This document shows positions 18,936-27,309 of a stretch of DNA of 64,000 nt, one piece after another. Below the pieces are notes generated by a model, which had not been told where the DNA came from, searched no databases, and saw only the letters and a program-made list of their open reading frames with translations. Made by a program: the position numbers and the translations under genes. Within the stretch, counting starts at the first letter, position 1; each line of letters begins with the position of its first letter. The DNA lies in assembly GCA_022510665.1 (NCBI GenBank), contig JAFLSZ010000002.1, forward strand, positions 5,676-69,675, read 5' to 3'. This stretch comes from Lachnospiraceae bacterium. GTDB taxonomy: Bacteria > Bacillota > Clostridia > Lachnospirales > Lachnospiraceae.

Positions 18936-20123
18936 ATGAAGAAAATCGGAATTCTCGGCGGGACATTTAACCCGATTCATAACGGTCATCTGGCGCTTGC
19001 AACAGCAGCAGCAAAGCAGTACGACTTGGAGGAAGTATGGCTGATGCCGTCAAAACTTCCGCCTCACAAGTCGCATTTTGCGATGCTTCCGGAACAGCAC
19101 CGCCTTGCAATGGCCGGACTGGCGGCAAAGGCGGATAAAAGGTTTGTGGTTTCAGACTTTGAGCTTTTACGCGAGGGGCTTACCTATACGGCGGATACGC
19201 TGGAGCTTTTGACAAAAGAATATCCGGACTGCCGGTTTTATTTTATTATCGGCGGAGACTCGCTGGTGAGTTTTTTAAATTGGCGGCAGCCGGGTAAGAT
19301 TTTGGAACTGGCGGCGCTTTTGGGAGCGGGGCGTGCCGGAATTGAAGCGGAGCGTACCGCAGAAGCGGCGGCAGCGATACAAAAGGCGTTTCCGCAGGCG
19401 GAAATCGGGACGGTGGAGCTGTCCGATTATCCGATTTCTTCCAATGAAATCCGCGAAGCATTTTATACCGGAACCGGGGAGCGTGTACGGGTGTTTCTGC
19501 CGGAGGAAGTTTATCGGTATATAAAAGAAAATAAGTTGTTTTCCAAAGTTACTTTTGCGGAGCTTGACGCGGAGATGAGGCGTATTCTCCCAAGAAGACG
19601 ATATCTTCATTCCGTCGCCGTGGCACATCTTTCGGCAGCTTATGCCGCGTCTTTGGGGCTTAATACGGAAAAAGCCCTGATTGCGGGGATTCTGCATGAC
19701 TGCGCGAAAGCTCATACCGATGAAGAACTGCTTTTGGAATGTGACAGACTTTCGATTCCGGTGACGGAGGTAGAACGCAGAAACGGTTTTTTGCTGCACG
19801 CAAAACTGGGGGCGTATTACGCGAAAAACAATTATTTTATTACCGACGAGGAAATTATTTCCGCAATCCGGTATCATACCACGGGACGACCGGGCATGAC
19901 GGAGTATGAAAAGATTGTATTTCTTGCGGACTATCTGGAACCGTTCCGCACCCAGTCAACTACGCCGGTGTTGAATGAAATACGCAAGACCGCTTTTGCC
20001 GACCTTGACAATGCGGTTTATTATGCTCTTGCGAATACGGTGAATTATTTGACAAAAGCGGGGCGGGAAATTGACAAAATTACGGTAGAGACCTATAACG
20101 AATATAAACAAAGTTACGAATAG
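18936..20123 (+). CDS. nadD: Fusion protein: nicotinate-nucleotide adenylyltransferase (NadD) plus HD-domain YqeK (Ap4A-hydrolase family)
   Basis: N-terminal half: 'GGTFNPIHNGH' and 'ISSNEIR'. C-terminal half: 'RYLHSVAVAH...ILHDCAK'. A single 395-aa ORF with no internal stop. Confidence 0.85.
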   Translation: MKKIGILGGTFNPIHNGHLALATAAAKQYDLEEVWLMPSKLPPHKSHFAMLPEQHRLAMAGLAAKADKRFVVSDFELLREGLTYTADTLELLTKEYPDCRFYFIIGGDSLVSFLNWRQPGKILELAALLGAGRAGIEAERTAEAAAAIQKAFPQAEIGTVELSDYPISSNEIREAFYTGTGERVRVFLPEEVYRYIKENKLFSKVTFAELDAEMRRILPRRRYLHSVAVAHLSAAYAASLGLNTEKALIAGILHDCAKAHTDEELLLECDRLSIPVTEVERRNGFLLHAKLGAYYAKNNYFITDEEIISAIRYHTTGRPGMTEYEKIVFLADYLEPFRTQSTTPVLNEIRKTAFADLDNAVYYALANTVNYLTKAGREIDKITVETYNEYKQSYE

Positions 20124-20134
20124 AGAGGTTAAAT

Positions 20135-20488
20135 ATGACGGAAAAAGCAAAGGAACTCGTAAAAATCGCCTATAAGGCGCTGGATGATAAAAAGGCGGAA
20201 GATATTAAAATTATTGATATTGCAGATATCTCCGTAATTGCGGACTACTTTGTAATCGCAAACGGAACAAACTCCTCGCAGGTAGAGGCTATGGTAGACA
20301 GTGTGACGGATGAACTCGCGAAACATAATATTCATCCGAAACGGGTGGAAGGAATTCGTTCTTCCGGCTGGATTCTGATGGATTTCGGCGACGTCGTAGT
20401 GCATATTTTTTCCAGGGAAGACCGCCTGTTTTACGACTTGGAGCGTATCTGGAGAGACGGTAAGACGGTGGAGCCGGCTGCATTATAA
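20135..20488 (+). CDS. rsfS: Ribosome silencing factor RsfS
   Basis: 'DYFVIANGTNSSQVEAM...GWILMDFGDVVVHIF'. Confidence 0.92.
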   Translation: MTEKAKELVKIAYKALDDKKAEDIKIIDIADISVIADYFVIANGTNSSQVEAMVDSVTDELAKHNIHPKRVEGIRSSGWILMDFGDVVVHIFSREDRLFYDLERIWRDGKTVEPAAL

Positions 20489-20530
20489 GGCGTGAGATTC
20501 AATACTGTAAAAATTGATTTTGGATATCAG

Positions 20531-20569
20531 AAAAGGGGCTCCGGGCTTTTTGTACGGATGCCCCTTTTT
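20531..20569. terminator. Bidirectional terminator between convergent rsfS and lexA
   Basis: AAAAGGGGCTCCG...CGGATGCCCCTTTTT: an A-run, a GC stem and a T-run. Confidence 0.6.
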
Positions 20570-20605
20570 CCTTTCGCTGCTGAACGAAGTACAAGACGGT
20601 ATGAA

Positions 20606-21220
20606 TCAGAACATTCGAAACAGTCCGATAACCTTTCCGAGAATCTCGACTTCGTTTACGATAATCGGCTCCATGGTGTCGTTTTCCGGCTGAAGGCGAT
20701 AGTAGCCGTCCTCTTTATAAAAGGTCTTTACCGTAACGGAATCCTCAATCAGAGCAACAACAAAATCCCCGTTTTTCGCGTAGTTCTGCTTTTTTACTAA
20801 GATTTGGTCGCCGTCAAAAATACCGGCGTTTATCATACTTTCACCCTTTACATGAAGCATAAAGGTCTCTGCGTTCGGAAGATAGTCCGTCGGAATCGGG
20901 AAGTAGGACTCGATGTTTTCAACGGCGAGAATAGGCTGTCCGGCCGTAACCGTACCCACAACCGGGATATACGCCATTTCGCGGCGTGTGATATTAAAAT
21001 TGTCGTCTACAATCTCAATCGCTCGCGGTTTCGCCGGGTCGCGGCGGATATAACCGTTCTTCTCCAGACTTTCCAGATGAGCGTGAACGGAAGACGTCGA
21101 CTTTAACTTTACCGCCTCACAAATCTCACGCACTGCAGGCGGATAGCCTTTATTTAAAATCTGCTCTTTCATAAAATCTAATATTTCCTGCTGTTTTGAA
21201 GTAATTCTGCCGTAGCTCAT
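20606..21220 (-). CDS. lexA: LexA repressor
   Basis: wHTH 'VHAHLESLEKNGYIRRD', Ala-Gly cleavage site 'VTAGQP', and Ser/Lys dyad 'GESM' / 'VKTF'. Confidence 0.95.
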   Translation of the reverse strand: MSYGRITSKQQEILDFMKEQILNKGYPPAVREICEAVKLKSTSSVHAHLESLEKNGYIRRDPAKPRAIEIVDDNFNITRREMAYIPVVGTVTAGQPILAVENIESYFPIPTDYLPNAETFMLHVKGESMINAGIFDGDQILVKKQNYAKNGDFVVALIEDSVTVKTFYKEDGYYRLQPENDTMEPIIVNEVEILGKVIGLFRMF

Positions 21221-21276
21221 AACATACCTCCTTGTGTGTATAGTATTGTATTGTAGTTTTAGTTATCTTGATAGAG

Positions 21277-21306
21277 ATTATAGCATACAGAACGCGCGTT
21301 TGTCAA
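21277..21306 (-). promoter_or_regulatory. lexA promoter (extended -10)
   Basis: On the minus strand: TTGACA (21306-21301), 18 nt, TGcTATAAT (-10 at 21282-21277). It overlaps two LexA-box-like motifs. Confidence 0.65.
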
Positions 21307-21316
21307 ACTTTTGTTC
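21290..21316. promoter_or_regulatory. Two LexA-box-like operators (GAAC-N4-GTTY) over the lexA promoter
   Basis: GAACGCGCGTTT (21290-21301) and AAACTTTTGTTC (21305-21316). Confidence 0.65.
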
Positions 21317-21336
21317 GAATTTTTTTGTTTTGTCTA

Positions 21337-21365
21337 TTGACAAACAAATGTTTGCATGATATATT
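21337..21365 (+). promoter_or_regulatory. Promoter of the yneA-like gene
   Basis: TTGACA (21337-21342), 17 nt, TATATT (21360-21365). Confidence 0.55.
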
Positions 21366-21406
21366 ATAAACAGATGTTCGAGAATGTATGTTCTGAATAT
21401 ACGTTC
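21342..21406. promoter_or_regulatory. Four LexA-box-like operators in and downstream of the yneA-like promoter
   Basis: AAACAAATGTTT (21342-21353), AAACAGATGTTC (21368-21379), GAATGTATGTTC (21382-21393) and GAATATACGTTC (21395-21406). Confidence 0.6.
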
Positions 21407-21428
21407 TGTTTATAAGGAGGTAGATTTT

Positions 21429-21839
21429 ATGAATAGAGAAAATAGAGAGAATATAGAAAACGAAAGAGAATACCGCGCGGAGTACCGTTCGTTCAGAGCG
21501 ATTGCCGCCGACAGACGTAGAAAAAGAAAGAAGCTCTTTTTACAGCGCCTTTTTGCGGCAGTGTTTTGTGTCGCTTTGCTGCTGCTTGGTATCTGCCTGT
21601 TTACACCTTCAGGGAAGGCAAAAGCGGAGAGTAATGTTCAGTACGAAAGACGTATCGTTTCCGTCCGTGTGGCGGAGAATGATTCTCTCTGGAAAATCGC
21701 GGAGCGTTTTTATTGCAGCGAAAAAGGAAGTATCCGTGATTTTATAGATGACATCAAGAAGATTAACCACCTTGAAAGCGATACTATCTATCCGGATACT
21801 TACCTTGTCATTCAATATTATGTTAAGAAAAGACCATAA
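21429..21839 (+). CDS. LysM-domain single-pass membrane protein, YneA-like candidate SOS cell-division inhibitor
   Basis: Basic N-terminus, TM 'LFAAVFCVALLLLGICLF', and LysM-like 'VRVAENDSLWKIAERF...INHLESDTIYPDTYLVI'. AAGGAGG RBS before ATG 21429. Divergent from lexA. Confidence 0.65.
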   Translation: MNRENRENIENEREYRAEYRSFRAIAADRRRKRKKLFLQRLFAAVFCVALLLLGICLFTPSGKAKAESNVQYERRIVSVRVAENDSLWKIAERFYCSEKGSIRDFIDDIKKINHLESDTIYPDTYLVIQYYVKKRP

Positions 21840-21856
21840 TCTTTAATTTTCTTCTT

Positions 21857-21885
21857 TTGACATTCCTGATGTGTTGTATTATAAT
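21857..21885 (+). promoter_or_regulatory. Perfect-consensus sigma-A promoter of the HD/unknown/GNAT cassette
   Basis: TTGACA (21857-21862), exactly 17 nt, TATAAT (21880-21885). Confidence 0.7.
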
Positions 21886-22016
21886 ATTACTATTAATATC
21901 GGGAAATTCCCAGATAGGTTGAAATTTGTGGAGGTTTGAAATGGACGGCAAAACAACAATTCAATATTTGCAGAATTTGTTATTTTCTTGTTGCTGATAG
22001 GAAGGTGAAAGTAAAG

Positions 22017-22586
22017 ATGACAGTCATTGAATTTATAAGAGATAAGATAATGCTTATAAATAAAGAGTACGCAGATAAAGCTCCTGATCATTATAATTTT
22101 TGGGAGCAGCATATAAAGTTTGTGGTTAAGGAAGCACTCATATTGGCTGATGAATACGGCGCTGATAAAGAAATTGTTGAACTTGGTGCGCTTTTGCATG
22201 ATGTGGCTTTGATTTCAGAGGTCGGAACACGCTCGGAGCATCACGTAAATGGAAAAATTATTTCTGAAAGACTTTTAAAAGAATACGGATATCCGGATGA
22301 TAAAAAAGAGCGGGTTTTAGGCTGCGTTCTTCATCATCGAAGCAGTAAACACGCTGAAAATCTTGAAGAATTGTGCGTTGCCGATGCCGACATAATCGCA
22401 CATTACGATAATATACCGATGTGCTTTGTATCTGCATTAAAATTCAATAAACTCAACACGGGATCTGTTGCCGAATGGATAAGATACTTTGAACACGATT
22501 ACAATGATTTGAGCGAACGAACAAAGCTTACTTTTAAACCGCGCTATGATGTTATAATGGATATACTGTTTGGTGCGCTGTTATAG
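22017..22586 (+). CDS. HD-domain phosphohydrolase
   Basis: 'LGALLHDVALI...HHVNG...VLHHRSSKH...ADADIIAH' gives an H..HD..H..D pattern. AGGAAGGTGA RBS before ATG 22017. Confidence 0.75.
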   Translation: MTVIEFIRDKIMLINKEYADKAPDHYNFWEQHIKFVVKEALILADEYGADKEIVELGALLHDVALISEVGTRSEHHVNGKIISERLLKEYGYPDDKKERVLGCVLHHRSSKHAENLEELCVADADIIAHYDNIPMCFVSALKFNKLNTGSVAEWIRYFEHDYNDLSERTKLTFKPRYDVIMDILFGALL

Positions 22587-22693
22587 ATTGCAGTGGCTTA
22601 TTGGATAGAGCACTCCTATCACAAACCCATTCACCTCAGTAATCTATATATAAATGAAATTAATAGCAGGAAACACAAAAGGAGATTAGAACT

Positions 22694-23080
22694 ATGGGAT
22701 TATTCGGTAAATTGTTTAATAAAAAATCAGAGCCGACGTTCAGCAAAGTCAAAGAAGAAATACGAACTTTGGAAAATCAGGACGGACGTATTGAAAATCC
22801 AACAAAAGAAGATTTAAGAGATTATCTAAACTGTTTGTTCAATGAAGACGACCAATTTGTTACACTTACCCTAGCAAAAGCCCAAAACGGTATAAGATAT
22901 ATACAAGCCTGTTTTGTGGATGCAAAGCCTATTGTTCAACTGGGGTTAGAAGAGAATGATAAGACCCGGTTAGTAGAAAAAACATGTTTGTCAAATGAAG
23001 AATGTGCAGACATTTTCTTCGAGTTTTATGATTATGGAATTGTAGAGAACTTGGAGGAATATCAACCGGTACAGTTTTAG
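22694..23080 (+). CDS. Hypothetical protein (128 aa, acidic, no recognisable motif)
   Basis: AAAGGAG RBS 9 nt before the ATG. Sits inside the cassette between the HD and GNAT genes. I recognise no family. Confidence 0.55.
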   Translation: MGLFGKLFNKKSEPTFSKVKEEIRTLENQDGRIENPTKEDLRDYLNCLFNEDDQFVTLTLAKAQNGIRYIQACFVDAKPIVQLGLEENDKTRLVEKTCLSNEECADIFFEFYDYGIVENLEEYQPVQF

Positions 23081-23146
23081 AAAATTTTTCATAAAACAGG
23101 CAGACGGTAATCGGGTGAGATATGATGCCGGGGAGGATTAAATACA

Positions 23147-23923
23147 ATGACTGAACAATCAACAATTATTTCAGCTTCATCTGCAATGTTTAGACAAAAA
23201 GCAAGAGAATTATTATCACTTGAGTTTAATTGCGCGCCCGATGATTTTATAAAATCAGAGAATGTTTTAACGGTTTCGGAACTGCATGAGGGCAGACGGG
23301 CTTATTCCCCCGAAAAATACTTTTTCCATATGGTGACTATGGGAGGAAATGTCGTTATGACTGCCGACGAGTGTATGCAGGGTTTTCTTAGGGCGTATAT
23401 CGACGGAAAGCAAGGTCACTGGCTTTTTGAAATACCGAATCTTTTGCCTGTTGAGCGTGAAATGAATCAATACGGCTATACCCTTACACAGACATACCAC
23501 ATGTTTCTGCCATGCCGACAGGTTAAAACCGCAAAGGAGTATTCCGTAAAATGGTTCTATGATGGTGAAATCAGACAGTTTTACGGTGATAAGAGATTTC
23601 CGAATGCGATTTGTCCGGAATATCGACCGGAACGTCCCGACAGAATTGTTGTCTGTGCCTATGACGGCAATACAATAATGGGAATGGCGGGATGTTCCGA
23701 GGACGCCTCGCACTGGCAGCAGATTGGTATTGACGTAATGCCCGAATACCGTTCAAAGGGAGTAGGAACCTATCTCGTGACCCTGTTGAAAAATAAAATC
23801 ATAGAGCGCGGCGACATTCCGTTTTACGGGACTTCCGTTGCAAATTATCATTCGTGGAATATTGCGTTAAACTGTGGATTCAAGCCGGTTTGGGTGGAAA
23901 TTGGTGCAAAAAAATATGAATAG
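23147..23923 (+). CDS. GNAT-family N-acetyltransferase (C-terminal GNAT fold with an N-terminal extension)
   Basis: 'IGIDVMPEYRSKGVGTYLVTLL' is a motif-A-like acetyl-CoA pocket (R/Q-x-x-G-x-G/A). GGGGAGGA RBS. Confidence 0.7.
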   Translation: MTEQSTIISASSAMFRQKARELLSLEFNCAPDDFIKSENVLTVSELHEGRRAYSPEKYFFHMVTMGGNVVMTADECMQGFLRAYIDGKQGHWLFEIPNLLPVEREMNQYGYTLTQTYHMFLPCRQVKTAKEYSVKWFYDGEIRQFYGDKRFPNAICPEYRPERPDRIVVCAYDGNTIMGMAGCSEDASHWQQIGIDVMPEYRSKGVGTYLVTLLKNKIIERGDIPFYGTSVANYHSWNIALNCGFKPVWVEIGAKKYE

Positions 23924-24640
23924 TTATTTTTTCCATGCCGGCAGGGTGCCGTCGGTTACGGCGTGGAACAGACGCTCTTTCGCGCCTTTGTTTTCTGCGT
24001 CTAAGCGCCGGACAAGTTCTTTTGCGTAAGCGCGTCTGGTATAGCCGTCGGCAGGGCACGGGTTTTTCTGAACCGGCAGGTTATATTTTTTCTGAAATCC
24101 GATAATATCCGCTTCTTCCACATAAATAAGCGGACGTATTAAAGTAATGTCCGAGCGGTCCAGATATGTGACAGGAGAGAAGCAGTTGTAGCGGCCTTCA
24201 TAGAGCAAAGACAGCAGCATTGTTTCAATTACGTCGTCTTTGTGATGGGCATATGCGGACTTGTTGCAGCCCAACTCTTTTGCCTTGTCGTTAAAGGCTC
24301 CTTTTCGCAGTTTTGCGCACAGGGAACACGGGTTGCTTTCTTTGCGGATGTTAAAAACGACGTCTCCGATTTCGGTCTTTTGTATATAATAGGGTACTTC
24401 CAGTTCCGCGCAGAGCGCTTCTATTTTGCTTAAATCAAATCCGCCGAAGCCCAGATCTACCGTGATGGCACAAAGTTCAAACGGATTCGGATAAAACCGT
24501 CGGAGTCCCGAAAGCGCATAGAGCAGTGCGAGAGAGTCTTTACCTCCGGAAATACCGATTGCGATTTTATCGTTTGGCTGTATCATCTGATAATCATCTA
24601 CGGCTTTTCGTGTGTAACTTAATAATTGCTGTAATTTCAT
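23924..24640 (-). CDS. ttcA: PP-loop ATPase, tRNA 2-thiocytidine synthase TtcA-like
   Basis: 'IGISGGKDSLALL' (SGGxDS) and Cys motifs 'CSLC' and 'NPCPADG'. Confidence 0.8.
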   Translation of the reverse strand: MKLQQLLSYTRKAVDDYQMIQPNDKIAIGISGGKDSLALLYALSGLRRFYPNPFELCAITVDLGFGGFDLSKIEALCAELEVPYYIQKTEIGDVVFNIRKESNPCSLCAKLRKGAFNDKAKELGCNKSAYAHHKDDVIETMLLSLLYEGRYNCFSPVTYLDRSDITLIRPLIYVEEADIIGFQKKYNLPVQKNPCPADGYTRRAYAKELVRRLDAENKGAKERLFHAVTDGTLPAWKK

Positions 24641-24797
24641 GTGATAATCCCTTTCAATTCTTTACTAATCTCCAATACCTTCCATTTATCGGGAATATTG
24701 TGTAAAATGTACATTAAATATATCATATCATGCAGTTTTTGACAAGTTTTTTGCTGTTTGACACACTTATAACACTTTTCTTTCTTACAATAAACCC

Positions 24798-27239
24798 GTG
24801 CAAATGAAAATGTCAACGGTTTTTTCCGGAAAGGTGGTTGTTTTTTTGACACGAAAAACAAAAGGATTACATAAAATCTGCAGTAGGGTAGTTTTGGGGG
24901 CGGCGGTTTCGCTTTGTATGTTTTTAGGCGGCTCTTTCGGCAGAGAGGTTTTTGTCGTGAATGCTGCCACATTACGGGTACATAACTATGTGACAAACGA
25001 TACTTATAATTATACCGGTACACAGGTTACCTATTATGTTGAGGGAAAGCAGATACAGTCAGACTATCCGGGACTGGTTTTGGAGGACAGTTCCGCGCTC
25101 GGGCCTTGTAAAGAAATTTTTGAACAGGGGCTTGGGGTTGTGTCCGACTACACCGACGGTGCCAAGAGTTTTTCCCTTCGTTACGGACCTTATACCATTC
25201 AGATGACGTTAGGAAATACCAAGGCGGTTGTAAACGGAACCTCAAAAATCATGCCGAACGCTCCGGTTGTTTATTCTTTTCAGGGCGGCACAAAGAAGTA
25301 CTTATATGTTCCGACACGTTTTGTCGCAGAAGCTTTCGGATTTGAGTATACATGGGACAGCGCAGCTTCCACATCTGCAATCCGGCGGCCAAACGTAATA
25401 TACGACGGAGACGAGCAGGTGAAGTATCAGGGGATTACTCCTTCGTTTTTGCTGAACAACCGCACTATAAACAGCGAATTTCCGGGCTATGTATTTGACG
25501 GCTGCGCTTTGTTTGCCGCAAAGGACTATTTTAAGGAGACCGGAATAGCTTCTTATACATACAGCGAAGGAAGCGGACTGATTGTTTTAGAAAGAGGAGA
25601 CACCATGCTCCGCTTTGTTTTGGACAGTCCGGTAGCTTATGTCAACGACACTTCATACCTTTTAAGTACCGTACCGCGTCTGATTACGCCGAGTAATTCG
25701 GCAAAGGCGGAAGTATATATTCCCGCGCAGTTTGCTGCCGAAGCGCTTGGATTTCAGACGTCCTATGACCAAAAAACGGGAAGTTTACAAATCAGCGGTA
25801 CGGTAGGTGGGGGGAACGCAACGGTACCTCCAAGTCAGGAAATACCTTCCGGCACGGTAGTTCCGGATACGGCTTCCTATGCGAAAGAGTTGTTTTCGTA
25901 TCAGACATACGAACAGGTAGTCGAGCATTTTACCTCCCTCGGATATCAGGTTCCGGTATCCGTTTCCGCGTATTCCTGTCTGAATTCGGACGCTCTTTAC
26001 CTGAACGGCATTGACCTTGACAGAGTCAGGATAACGGATAAACAGGACGTAATTGAGATTGTTTTCGTGAACTGTCATAATCCGTTCGGCGGAAAAGCTT
26101 ACTATAATACGGAGAATGCGTATTTAAACTATTCGTACCTTTTCGGTGAGAATAACTTTAAGATTACGATTGTGAAAACGAAAGAGCTGCACTATTATTC
26201 ATATAAGGTACCAAACGGCTGCGTAATTCATTTTACCGACTCGTTAGGGCTGTACCAGGATTACATAAAGTTTATCGGCATTACGGGTAATTCTACGGAA
26301 GATTCGGAGCAGACCAGTACGATGGGCGGCGAAGACGCTTCGGCGGCATTGCTGCCGGACGCGGTATTTTCGCGGAACAGTTTTGTAATCCGGCTGCCGG
26401 AAGGAGTCACGAAGAAAAATTTGACGGACAGTGACGAATACGGTAATCTTCGTTTTACCATCTGCATTTCCGGAAACCATATGAAGTTTTTGTCGGAACA
26501 GGAAGTATATAATCCGATTTCTACCTTAAAAAGCTACAATATCAGTTACAAGGCGGCGGATAACAGTACGGTTATTACCTTTAATACGACAAAAATTCAG
26601 GGATATTCTTACAATATCAGCGGCGGTTATCTTGCGGTAAGAATTGATGATCCTCCGAAGATTTACGATAAAATAGTCGTACTGGATGCCGGACACGGCG
26701 GAATCGACCCGGGGACGTTACGCGGAAGCGTTTACGAGAAAACAGTTAATTTTAATGTCGTAAATATATATGCGCCGGAATATTTCAAAAATTCGGGCAT
26801 AAAGGTATATTATACCCGTACCACGGATACAAAAATCGCACTGGAAACCCGCGCCGCATTTGCCAAGTCGGTGGGAGCCGATTTCTTTATCAGCTTCCAT
26901 GTAAATGCGCATTCAAGCGCGTCGGTGGCAGGGACAAGCGTATATTATTCCGCTTTCAATAACACGGCAGATTCCACCGGACTAAAAAGTTCCACGCTGG
27001 CGACTACGGTTCTGAATCATCTTGTTTCGGAATGGGGGACCCGGAACAGAGGCATATTGACGGCAGACTTTGTTGTAATACATGATAATACCGTCCCTGC
27101 TGTTTTAGTGGAGTGCGGTTTTATTACCAATGACAGCGATTTTCAAAAGATTAAAGATACCGCATACCAGAAAAAAGCGGCAAAAGCTCTTTTTGATGCG
27201 GTTTCCGAGATTTTTGCGAAATATCCGACCAAAAGATAA
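24798..27239 (+). CDS. Secreted N-acetylmuramoyl-L-alanine amidase (Amidase_3) with two copper-amine-oxidase-N-like stalk domains
   Basis: C-terminal 'VVLDAGHGGIDPGT', 'ISFHVNA' and 'LVECGFITN'. Repeated 'Y(V/I)P..F.AEA(F/L)GF' modules. N-terminal signal/anchor. Start uncertain (GTG 24798, ATG 24804 or ATG 24810). Confidence 0.8.
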   Translation: MQMKMSTVFSGKVVVFLTRKTKGLHKICSRVVLGAAVSLCMFLGGSFGREVFVVNAATLRVHNYVTNDTYNYTGTQVTYYVEGKQIQSDYPGLVLEDSSALGPCKEIFEQGLGVVSDYTDGAKSFSLRYGPYTIQMTLGNTKAVVNGTSKIMPNAPVVYSFQGGTKKYLYVPTRFVAEAFGFEYTWDSAASTSAIRRPNVIYDGDEQVKYQGITPSFLLNNRTINSEFPGYVFDGCALFAAKDYFKETGIASYTYSEGSGLIVLERGDTMLRFVLDSPVAYVNDTSYLLSTVPRLITPSNSAKAEVYIPAQFAAEALGFQTSYDQKTGSLQISGTVGGGNATVPPSQEIPSGTVVPDTASYAKELFSYQTYEQVVEHFTSLGYQVPVSVSAYSCLNSDALYLNGIDLDRVRITDKQDVIEIVFVNCHNPFGGKAYYNTENAYLNYSYLFGENNFKITIVKTKELHYYSYKVPNGCVIHFTDSLGLYQDYIKFIGITGNSTEDSEQTSTMGGEDASAALLPDAVFSRNSFVIRLPEGVTKKNLTDSDEYGNLRFTICISGNHMKFLSEQEVYNPISTLKSYNISYKAADNSTVITFNTTKIQGYSYNISGGYLAVRIDDPPKIYDKIVVLDAGHGGIDPGTLRGSVYEKTVNFNVVNIYAPEYFKNSGIKVYYTRTTDTKIALETRAAFAKSVGADFFISFHVNAHSSASVAGTSVYYSAFNNTADSTGLKSSTLATTVLNHLVSEWGTRNRGILTADFVVIHDNTVPAVLVECGFITNDSDFQKIKDTAYQKKAAKALFDAVSEIFAKYPTKR

Positions 27240-27309
27240 GCGGCATTTTTAAAGCCCTGTTCATTTTAACGTTCATTTTAAATAAGAGATAAGTTAGGAG
27301 AAATTATTT

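Noticed and set aside
22593-22817. 74-aa Lys/Arg-rich ORF overlapping the start of the 128-aa hypothetical gene.
   Set aside because: It has a GTG start without an RBS, overlaps a better-supported ORF out of frame, and its composition reflects AT-rich DNA.
24637-25023. 128-aa minus-strand ORF spanning the ttcA/amidase intergenic region.
   Set aside because: It runs antisense over the amidase signal-peptide region, has no RBS, and would overlap the ttcA start codon region.
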